Part shown: positions 16,156-23,525 of the stretch, in pieces
Position numbering within the stretch: the first letter of the stretch is position 1
Layout of the letters: the number at the start of each line of letters is the position of its first letter
From: Candidatus Woesearchaeota archaeon
GTDB lineage: Archaea; Nanobdellota; Nanobdellia; Woesearchaeales; GW2011-AR4
DNA: 33,107 bases
Assembly (NCBI GenBank): GCA_016192955.1
Contig: JACPTD010000037.1
Span: forward strand, 1-33,107
Direction of reading: 5' to 3'
Translations under genes and position numbers: made by a program
Notes under the pieces: model-generated
What the model was told of the DNA's origin: nothing
The model's input: the letters and a program-made list of their open reading frames with translations, nothing else
Databases searched by the model: none

Positions 16156-19100
16156 TTATATCCTTGACACAAATCCGCGTCTTGGTTCAAATATATCACC
16201 TGAGCGCTTCAATCTTTCCAAGGCCTCTTCAACATTGTCCTCGTCCAGTCCGCGGTTTTTCGCTTCTGCAACAACATCCTCTATCGGAATTGTCTTGCCA
16301 AGCTTTGATTCAAGCTCTGTTATTATGTCTTTCAAAACCAATATGTGGCTTCTTTGAGAAGCGCCAACACCAGTCGCTATCCTGTCTATGTCTATCTTAC
16401 CTGTTTCTTTGTCAAACCCGACCTGCATTAAGCAGTAATCAAGCAATTCTATGGCCTTTTTTGCATCCTTTCTTGTGACTCTGTCGTCAAGCCTGGCCCT
16501 TGCCGATGCCTCGCTTAGCCTTACCAGAGCTTCCAGCTGCCTTGCGGATATTGGTATTGTCCTTATACTTCCTTCGCCGCCTCCGCTTTTCCTCATTCTT
16601 AAATAAAATTCCTTGATTTCTTCCAAAGCGCCGTCAGTCAGCTTTGGGCTTACTTTCTGCCTTGCATAGGCAATATACTTTCTCAAAATATCTGTTGATA
16701 TTTCGGGTTCTTGGACATCCGGGCTTTGGTGAAGCGTCAGGATGTGCTTTGCCATTTTCTCATCTCTCGCCTCTTCCGGCAGGTCCTTGATTGGGAATAT
16801 AAGATCAAACCTATTGATTAAAGTTGGAGGCAAGTCAATCTGGTCTGCAATTATTCCATACGGATCAAACCTTCCAAATTTCGGGTTGGCCGCCGCCAAT
16901 ACTGTTGTTCTTGCTATCAAAGTTGCCTGGATGTTTGCCTTGCTTATGCTTACTGTGTTATGCAAAACCAAACCCTCGCTAATAAAAGTTCTTGTTGGTT
17001 CAACAGTCACATCATAAACCCATTTTACATTATCATTATTTATTTTCTCAACTTTTTTGACATAAACAAACCTTATATCAGAATAAATCAATTTTAAAAT
17101 ACCACTCATTTTAGCGCGAGCGTTGCTTATTTTTTCTTTCCCGACTTTTTTAACAAGACCCAACAAATGTAAATACCTTTCAGATGATGCTCTCTTTTCA
17201 ATGTTATATACAGTGCCAGCAGCCACGCCTAAACTTTTAGCAAGAATGCTTACTTCAATATTCAGCATTCTCCTAATCTTTCTTGAATCGCCAGAGTTGA
17301 TTAGCCCAAGGCACCTATCTATCTTCTCTTCAATATTTCTTAAATAGTTAATAACAATTTGTTTATGGGCATTGAAGCCTCTTTTTATATTGCTGTAGAA
17401 ATAACCATCGCTTAATCTAAAACTTTTGAGCAGAGAATTTACATCCATTAAAACCCCTCTTGGCAGGACATCCCTTTCATTTTTCCTGCCCTTGCTCAAC
17501 TCGTAGAACTTAGCCAATTTAGGCAACCTTTTATCGTCACTTTCAACAACCCATTCAATGAAAAATTTGAAACTTTCAGTGCCAGTGACGGTAACTTTAT
17601 AATAAGCTTTATCATTTCTCCTTTCCATGTCTATTTTGCTGAGAGTGTCATTCTGAAGCAATAAATCTTGGAAACCTTTCGCTAATTCAAAAGAAGAAGT
17701 TGAATAACCAAACCTTGTGCTATCAACAAAACCATCACCCTTGAAGGCCGCTTTTAAAAATTCCAATTGCAACTCTTTGTCAGCGCACCTTAAAACATTG
17801 TCAACATACTTATTTCTGGCGCCATTAACACTTCCATTGAAATTGGAAAGCATATAGTTGTAAAACGGGACAGAGCAAAGCCTTACAGTTGTTAGGTCTT
17901 TTTTTGCCCTTAATCTTCTATGCGCAAGCTGGACATTTGTATTAATCGTGGAATTGAAAGTCCTTCTAAATAAGGAGGATACATCATCTAATATCAAATG
18001 ATCTGTATTTGACACCCCGACTTCAGCGTATCTGTTTTTTTGGCTATGATAAGCATGACCTTCTGTCGTTATATAGCCAAGAAGCCTTGCAAAGTCGTTA
18101 TTTAGGTGACGCGGGAAGTTAATATTTTTATTGTTGAAATGAGTAAGTTCTGCGTCACTAAGCGTTATCTGCTCATTTTTAGTAGGCAGTTTTCTTGGGG
18201 CAGGCGCCAATAAACCAGTTTTTACACTCTCTGCAGGCATTTCTTGAATTCTTCCATCATAAAAAACAAATACTGGGTGCTCCGGAGTTACTGTTATTGA
18301 TCTTCCATTCGAATAGGTAATTTTAATAAAATTTTCTGGAGCTTTATGCCTGCTTACCATTGCTGCCTTTATCGGGAAAATTTTTTCGAAGTCGGTCGTT
18401 AAGAGCTCAACACCATCTACCTTTAATATCTCGCAGTCTTTTCCTAAGATAAGAGTATCTCTATTGCTCTCTATTAACTCATCCACAAAGTCTCCAATTT
18501 TGAAAACACTTCCATCTGCAAGCATTATATCTGTACTAGGGTGATAACTTTGATTTTCCAGTGCCTCATGCATTGCAGCCCTGTCCTCAGAGCTCATCTT
18601 GTCAAGCTCGTCAACGCAAACAAGGCCGTCGCTGCTTAAAACCATGGCGCCTGCCTCCAAAGCCCATCCCCTCAAGAATTCGTCCCTTACGACAGCAGCT
18701 GTGATGCCTGCAGCACTCACACCCTTTCCGCTCACATACCTTCCCTTAGGGGCGATCTGGGTGATTCTCTTAAGCAAAGCAGATTTTCCTGATCCAGGAT
18801 CTCCACAAAGCAAAATATGCATATCTCCCCTGCTTACTATCTTGTCCATTCTTACCTTTCTTACACCACCCATTAACTGAAGCAGCAGCGCTTCCTTTAT
18901 CTTTTCATAGCCATAGATTGAAGGCGCCATGGAATTCACAAGCTTTTCATATCCCTTTGGGTCGTTGGCTATCTCCAAAATTTCCTTTTCTTCCTCTTCT
19001 GTTATGCTCACCTCATAAAAAGTGTCTTCAGTCGGCTTGATGTAATTAGCTTCAATCATCAAATCAAACCTTGTGGATTTTGCGCCGCTTCTGGAGATTA

Positions 19101-19770
19101 CTGGGACTTCTTTCACAATACCGACAACTTCAACTTTGCTTCCAGGAGATGTTCTTTTCTCACTTAGCGGGCTTACCAAATCATCAGTCAACAAAACATT
19201 AATGCGCTTTGGCTGCTCACCCCCCTCTAGATTTTCAGATGCCTCTTCAAGCACAATTCCCTGGGCATCAACCAAATCCTTGTCAAGCATCACAAATTTT
19301 CCCTTTCTGCCGCAGCCGCATCTTGTCGGCTCTTTGAAAGTGCCTTCCAATTGCAGGACATTCATTATGTTGCCGCACATCGGGCACTCAAATCGCGCAG
19401 AGGTGACCTGAGGCCTGACATCGGATTTCTGCCTTATCAGCCCTTCAACAAAAAGAAGCCTGTTTATGTGCTTGCTTCTTATATCCCTTATCACAATATG
19501 CTGTGTCTGCGGGAGATTGCAAAACCTAATCCTGAAATTTGCCAAGCCATCAACATCAAACTGCTCAATGGCTTTCTCAATAGCCTTTATGGTTTCCTCA
19601 GGCGAATCCAGAAGCTCTGTGGCCAAATCAGGATCGTACTTTGAAAGCTCTGAGAAGTCTATAAGCAGAAATTTACTGCCTTTCCTTGCGTTTTCCAGCA
19701 AAGAATTATAGTAATTGCTGTCTATGAAATCCTGAAACCTCTTTATCTGCTCTATTACGCTAGTTTCCAT
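16156..19770 (-). CDS. mcm: MCM replicative helicase precursor containing one large intein
   Basis: Zn finger CPMCG..CGCG, Walker A GDPGSGKS, Walker B VCVDELDKM, NRFDLIF, and a C-terminal winged helix. HEALENQ and TVSISKANIQATL are separated by 531 aa. The ATG at 19770 is preceded by gaggg 5 nt upstream; the track's start at 19809 is a TTG. Confidence 0.93.
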   Translation of the reverse strand: METSVIEQIKRFQDFIDSNYYNSLLENARKGSKFLLIDFSELSKYDPDLATELLDSPEETIKAIEKAIEQFDVDGLANFRIRFCNLPQTQHIVIRDIRSKHINRLLFVEGLIRQKSDVRPQVTSARFECPMCGNIMNVLQLEGTFKEPTRCGCGRKGKFVMLDKDLVDAQGIVLEEASENLEGGEQPKRINVLLTDDLVSPLSEKRTSPGSKVEVVGIVKEVPVISRSGAKSTRFDLMIEANYIKPTEDTFYEVSITEEEEKEILEIANDPKGYEKLVNSMAPSIYGYEKIKEALLLQLMGGVRKVRMDKIVSRGDMHILLCGDPGSGKSALLKRITQIAPKGRYVSGKGVSAAGITAAVVRDEFLRGWALEAGAMVLSSDGLVCVDELDKMSSEDRAAMHEALENQSYHPSTDIMLADGSVFKIGDFVDELIESNRDTLILGKDCEILKVDGVELLTTDFEKIFPIKAAMVSRHKAPENFIKITYSNGRSITVTPEHPVFVFYDGRIQEMPAESVKTGLLAPAPRKLPTKNEQITLSDAELTHFNNKNINFPRHLNNDFARLLGYITTEGHAYHSQKNRYAEVGVSNTDHLILDDVSSLFRRTFNSTINTNVQLAHRRLRAKKDLTTVRLCSVPFYNYMLSNFNGSVNGARNKYVDNVLRCADKELQLEFLKAAFKGDGFVDSTRFGYSTSSFELAKGFQDLLLQNDTLSKIDMERRNDKAYYKVTVTGTESFKFFIEWVVESDDKRLPKLAKFYELSKGRKNERDVLPRGVLMDVNSLLKSFRLSDGYFYSNIKRGFNAHKQIVINYLRNIEEKIDRCLGLINSGDSRKIRRMLNIEVSILAKSLGVAAGTVYNIEKRASSERYLHLLGLVKKVGKEKISNARAKMSGILKLIYSDIRFVYVKKVEKINNDNVKWVYDVTVEPTRTFISEGLVLHNTVSISKANIQATLIARTTVLAAANPKFGRFDPYGIIADQIDLPPTLINRFDLIFPIKDLPEEARDEKMAKHILTLHQSPDVQEPEISTDILRKYIAYARQKVSPKLTDGALEEIKEFYLRMRKSGGGEGSIRTIPISARQLEALVRLSEASARARLDDRVTRKDAKKAIELLDYCLMQVGFDKETGKIDIDRIATGVGASQRSHILVLKDIITELESKLGKTIPIEDVVAEAKNRGLDEDNVEEALERLKRSGDIFEPRRGFVSRI
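16957..18549 (-). mobile_element. Intein (531 aa) with a LAGLIDADG homing-endonuclease domain, inserted in the MCM ATPase core
   Basis: It starts with Ser (SYHPSTDIMLADGS), ends with VLHN, and the +1 extein residue is Thr. Block B is TVTPEHPV. DOD motifs are ARLLGYITTEGHA and LEFLKAAFKGDGFV. Removing it restores the MCM consensus HEALENQ-TVSISKA. Confidence 0.88.
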
Positions 19771-19835
19771 AATACCCTCTTGTTTTCTATGCTTAAATAG
19801 TTTGCCCAAAGATGTCCAGTGGCAAATACCAAAAA

Positions 19836-19877
19836 TTATAGAGAATTTTGAGCATATATAAAATTGTCAAAGTCCTC
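19836..19877 (-). promoter_or_regulatory. mcm promoter region with a bipartite palindrome GAGAATTTTG-N17-CAAAgTcCTC around an alternating AT (TATA-like) centre
   Basis: It shares a 17-nt identical arm and a 12/14 second arm, in the same register, with the speH upstream region at 25488-25530. Confidence 0.45.
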
Positions 19878-19885
19878 TACAGCGA

Positions 19886-19897
19886 ACAAAATAAAAA
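19886..19897 (-). terminator. Oligo-T tract directly after the tbp stop
   Basis: The minus strand reads tga tttttatttt g. Confidence 0.3.
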
Positions 19898-20452
19898 TCA
19901 AGCCTTGACCTTTTTTAAATTCTCAATCAGCTTGTCAAGCGCTGCATGAACCTCTTTCTCGCTTTTTGTTCCTGTGCAGACAACCTTGCCGTTGCTGAAC
20001 AGCAAAAAGGTCGCTTTTGCAGCAGCAAGCTTATAAACCAAGCCTGGAAACTGCTCTGGCTCGTATTCTGTGTTTTCAAGCTTCATAGCCAAAGTATTAA
20101 GATTCAAGTCCATGCCAACACTTCCAGAAGCCACTATATTCTGGATTTTAATCTCCGGCTTTATTGTTATCTTTACATTAATCTTCTCCAAGCTCTTGAT
20201 TATCTTCTTTATGCTCTCTTCAACCTTATCCATAGACCTGGCTCCTGTGCAGACAACCTTGCCGGAGCTGAATATCAAAGCAGATGTCTTAGGCTCTTTA
20301 ATCCTTATCACAAGCCCTGGAAACTGCTCAGGATTGTATTCCGTATTGCTTAAAGTTGCTGCCATCTTTTCAAGAGGTATATCATGCTTTAATGATGTGC
20401 TAACAACAATATTGACCACTTTTATGTCTCTCTTGGTTTCTTTTTTGACCAT
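19898..20452 (-). CDS. tbp: TATA-box-binding protein
   Basis: Two direct TBP repeats: NIVVSTSL..EYNPEQFPGLVIRIKEPKTSALIFSSGKVVCTGARS and NIVASGSV..EYEPEQFPGLVYKL..ATFLLFSNGKVVCTGTKS. Confidence 0.95.
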   Translation of the reverse strand: MVKKETKRDIKVVNIVVSTSLKHDIPLEKMAATLSNTEYNPEQFPGLVIRIKEPKTSALIFSSGKVVCTGARSMDKVEESIKKIIKSLEKINVKITIKPEIKIQNIVASGSVGMDLNLNTLAMKLENTEYEPEQFPGLVYKLAAAKATFLLFSNGKVVCTGTKSEKEVHAALDKLIENLKKVKA

Positions 20453-20686
20453 ATCAGATTACACCCCCAAAAAACATTTATTTTGATTGACTAAGCCCTA
20501 AAACACCCCCAAACAGCTATTTAGGCTAAAATCAACCTTATTTTGCTATTTTATTTATAAATGCATATAAACCCATTTTATTTATAAATACTTTTGTTTT
20601 TAAATAGGATTATCTGAACCTAAATCTTGGAGAAAATATACCTCCTTTGTTTCGTGTGGAAATCCAGTTTTGCTGATTGTTTATTT

Positions 20687-20729
20687 TAACCCTGCTAAAA
20701 ATACAAATATTTAAATATTAGCAGGGTTA
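20687..20729 (+). promoter_or_regulatory. Perfect 12-bp inverted repeat (taaccctgctaa / ttagcagggtta) bracketing a palindromic TATA-like atatttaaatat, 10 nt upstream of the ATPase ATG
   Basis: Read directly from the sequence: arms at 20687-20698 and 20718-20729, with a 19-nt loop. Confidence 0.35.
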
Positions 20730-20739
20730 TTATTATGCT

Positions 20740-21975
20740 ATGCTATACATTAAAAGAGACATTGAAGATGAGATTAACAAATATCTTAATGCAAGGGAGA
20801 TATTAGCGGTAGTAGGTTCTAGGCAATGCGGCAAAACAACCCTTGTAGAGAATATTTTTGAAAGTCTTAAAAGAAAAGGCAAGAATATAAGCAAAGTAAG
20901 CTTTGACAGCGTGAAAGAGCTCAATCTTTTTGAAAATGACATTGATTCTTTTATTGAGATTTATGTCAAGGGATGTGATTTCTTATTTATTGATGAAATC
21001 CAATACTCGAAAGACAGCGGCAAAAAACTAAAGTATATATATGATAATTTCAACATAAAAATATTTATTTCTGGATCTTCAGCAGCAGAGCTTGCAATAC
21101 AAAGCTTGAAGCATTTAGTTGGAAGAATTTTTGTTTTTACTCTTTACCCTTTCTCTTTTAAAGAGTTTCTGAGAGTGAGAAATCAAAAGCTATTGCCCCT
21201 TTACATTTCAGGAAAGTATAAGAAAGAGGTAGCATCAGAATTAAATAAATACCTCAAAGAATTTATGCTCTACGGCGGATATCCAAGAGTAGCGCTTGCA
21301 AAGAATGAAGAAGAAAAACAGACAATACTAAAAAACATCTATAACACTTATTTACTGAAAGAAATCAGGGAGATACTGGCTTTAAGTGGCGATTATAAGC
21401 TTATTAACCTAATCAAATCGCTTTCACTGCAGATAGGAGGTATTATTAACTATAATGAACTTTCAACAATCACCGGATACCCTTATAAAGAGTTAAAAAA
21501 TTCCCTTAATATTCTTGAGAAGACATTTATATGCAGTCAGATAAAGACCTTCCATACTAATAAAAGGACAGAACTTGTGAAGAGCCCCAAGATATATTTT
21601 TATGACTTAGGCTTTAGAAACATAAGTTTTGATAACTTCAGCAGTGAAAGGGCGGACATGGGCAGAATGTACGAGAACTTTATTTTTTCAGAATTTGTTA
21701 AAAACGATTTTTTGCCAAAATATTGGCATACTAAATCAGGAGCGGAAATTGACTTTATTCTAGAAAAATCAAATAAGATTATCCCTATTGAAGTGAAATC
21801 AACCCTGTCAAAAGAAACATTAACTAAATCATTCTACGCCTTTGTAGAGAAATACAAACCTAAAGGAGGTTATATAGCTTCATTAGACTTTGAGGGTAAA
21901 AAGAGAATTAATGGGTGCGATATTATATTTACCCCCTTACTGAAACTTATTAATCATTTAAAATCAGAGGCTTAG
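20740..21975 (+). CDS. AAA-superfamily ATPase with a DUF4143-type C-terminal domain
   Basis: P-loop VVGSRQCGKTTL and Walker B LFIDEIQ, followed by a C-terminal segment typical of AAA_14/DUF4143 proteins (...YFYDLGFRN...GAEIDFIL...IPIEVK). Confidence 0.75.
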   Translation: MLYIKRDIEDEINKYLNAREILAVVGSRQCGKTTLVENIFESLKRKGKNISKVSFDSVKELNLFENDIDSFIEIYVKGCDFLFIDEIQYSKDSGKKLKYIYDNFNIKIFISGSSAAELAIQSLKHLVGRIFVFTLYPFSFKEFLRVRNQKLLPLYISGKYKKEVASELNKYLKEFMLYGGYPRVALAKNEEEKQTILKNIYNTYLLKEIREILALSGDYKLINLIKSLSLQIGGIINYNELSTITGYPYKELKNSLNILEKTFICSQIKTFHTNKRTELVKSPKIYFYDLGFRNISFDNFSSERADMGRMYENFIFSEFVKNDFLPKYWHTKSGAEIDFILEKSNKIIPIEVKSTLSKETLTKSFYAFVEKYKPKGGYIASLDFEGKKRINGCDIIFTPLLKLINHLKSEA

Positions 21976-21982
21976 AAAGAGC

Positions 21983-22171
21983 ATGATCAGCGATATTGTA
22001 ATCCCAAAAAACAACGAAGCTGAATTCATCGAGATAGCAGCAAAACTCGGCATAAAAAAGCTTTATTTTCTTTACGAGTTTGACGAATATAACAAGGAAA
22101 AAACTGAAAAAAAGCTCTCAAAGAGAATCCGGATTAAACCATATCATATGCGGAATAGCAAGCAAGAATGA
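21983..22171 (+). CDS. RNase P protein component 3 (Rpp30)-like, N-terminal fragment (frame 2)
   Basis: DIVIPKNNEAEFIEIAAKLGIKKLYFLYE resembles the start of the Rpp30 TIM-barrel-like fold. The reading frame is lost in the A6/A7 runs at 22098-22113. Confidence 0.4.
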   Translation: MISDIVIPKNNEAEFIEIAAKLGIKKLYFLYEFDEYNKEKTEKKLSKRIRIKPYHMRNSKQE

Positions 22172-22397
22172 TGTTGCTGTCGGATTTTCTTATAGCTCGC
22201 TGTTAAATAAAAATCCCGTAGATTCCTCGCAATTGATTGGAAGAATGATTCAAAATATAAGATTGTGCCAAAAATATAAAGTTAAAACAGTAATCGGCTC
22301 TTTTTCGGAAAGGCCTTTTGAAATGAGGGCAAGGCACGATATAACAAGCTTGTTCACAATGCTCGGGGCAGGCACAAGCATAGAAAAGAATCTCTGA
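22080..22397 (+). CDS. RNase P protein component 3 (Rpp30)-like, C-terminal fragment (frame 3)
   Basis: LNHIICGIASKNDVAVGFSYSSLL...IQNIRLCQKYKVKTVIGSFSERPFEMRARHDITSLFTMLG resembles the C-terminal half of Rpp30. The joined length of ~135 aa is unusually short. Confidence 0.4.
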   Translation: MTNITRKKLKKSSQRESGLNHIICGIASKNDVAVGFSYSSLLNKNPVDSSQLIGRMIQNIRLCQKYKVKTVIGSFSERPFEMRARHDITSLFTMLGAGTSIEKNL

Positions 22398-22409
22398 CAT
22401 TTAATGCTC

Positions 22410-23483
22410 TTAAAAATTAACCTTAACTCCATTTTCTTTTAACCAAACGCATACAATCCCGATTAAATAACAAAAAATCAGCATAAAAACTATCACAAAA
22501 AAGAGAGCATATAGGCTGTACAAAACTGAATTTTTCAATAACAGCAGCAAATTGTAGCCAACAATCGTATGAAAAATAAAAATCCAAAGCACCCCCTTGC
22601 TAAAAGAACTGATTATTCCATATTTTCTGAATTTTTTTATACCTGAAAAACCAGCGTTAACCAGCGTTATAACAAGCAATGCGAGGCCAAAGCCGCCGAT
22701 TATAGTGAGAGTTGAAGGCTGGAAAATATTTGGACCCCAGAAATTTGTTTGGTCAATATCAACAAAAACTTTATTGTTTAAAACTGCCAAGCCCAAAAAA
22801 AACATTCCAACCAAAAAGAACAGCGCATGCATATGCAGCAGCTTATTTTTGGATCTAAAATACAGGTAATAATTCCCAATCAAGAACCCAAACACGAATA
22901 TGGAGAACCATGGAAAGAATGGCCAGAAATGATCGCCGCTTTGGTTTCCAAAAAGCATTATCATCCAGTATCTGCTTTGATAGTTGCCTAAAATTTCGCG
23001 CAAATATGGAGCCAAAATAAGATTCAGGGCACCAATAACAGCTAACATCAATATTGAGCCCCACCTAATTATTACCACTGCCACGACAAAGCACAACGCT
23101 AAAAACTGCAAAACATCCCAAGCAAACACATCCTCGACGCCAAAAGCCAGATAATTCAGTAAATAACCCAATGATGCTAATATGAAAGCTCTGACAATAA
23201 TGCGCTTATGATATATAGATTTAACTGCTGTTCTCTTATTATCGTCTAAAACCGGCATTAGGTAAAACCTGAGCGAAGCCCCTGCAGCAGCCGGCACTAA
23301 AGCGGTAAAGACTATGATAGAATTCAAAAAAACAAAAAAAAAGTTTTTATTGAAAAACGGATTATCGGTTCCATAGTCTAAATCTATGAACCACCATACA
23401 ACAATATGCTCTATAACTATCAATATAATCCCAACTGCTTTGATGATGTCAAGAGTCAGCCATCTGCCATCAAACTTTTTCAT
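22410..23483 (-). CDS. Polytopic membrane protein, acyltransferase-3 / DUF1624-like
   Basis: The N-terminus RWLTLDIIKAVGIILIVIEH is followed by ~10 hydrophobic helices. The first ATG is at 23483; the track's start at 23504 is a TTG. Confidence 0.45.
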   Translation of the reverse strand: MKKFDGRWLTLDIIKAVGIILIVIEHIVVWWFIDLDYGTDNPFFNKNFFFVFLNSIIVFTALVPAAAGASLRFYLMPVLDDNKRTAVKSIYHKRIIVRAFILASLGYLLNYLAFGVEDVFAWDVLQFLALCFVVAVVIIRWGSILMLAVIGALNLILAPYLREILGNYQSRYWMIMLFGNQSGDHFWPFFPWFSIFVFGFLIGNYYLYFRSKNKLLHMHALFFLVGMFFLGLAVLNNKVFVDIDQTNFWGPNIFQPSTLTIIGGFGLALLVITLVNAGFSGIKKFRKYGIISSFSKGVLWIFIFHTIVGYNLLLLLKNSVLYSLYALFFVIVFMLIFCYLIGIVCVWLKENGVKVNF

Positions 23484-23525
23484 AGTTTCTAATGCCACAC
23501 CCAATAATTACCCCAATCTACGATG

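Noticed and set aside
16164-19711. Plus-strand ORFs of 74-112 aa overlapping mcm (for example 16164..16478, 18599..18880, 19073..19411, 19351..19644).
   Set aside because: They are antisense to a gene with unambiguous MCM and intein motifs. No start context or recognisable domain is present.
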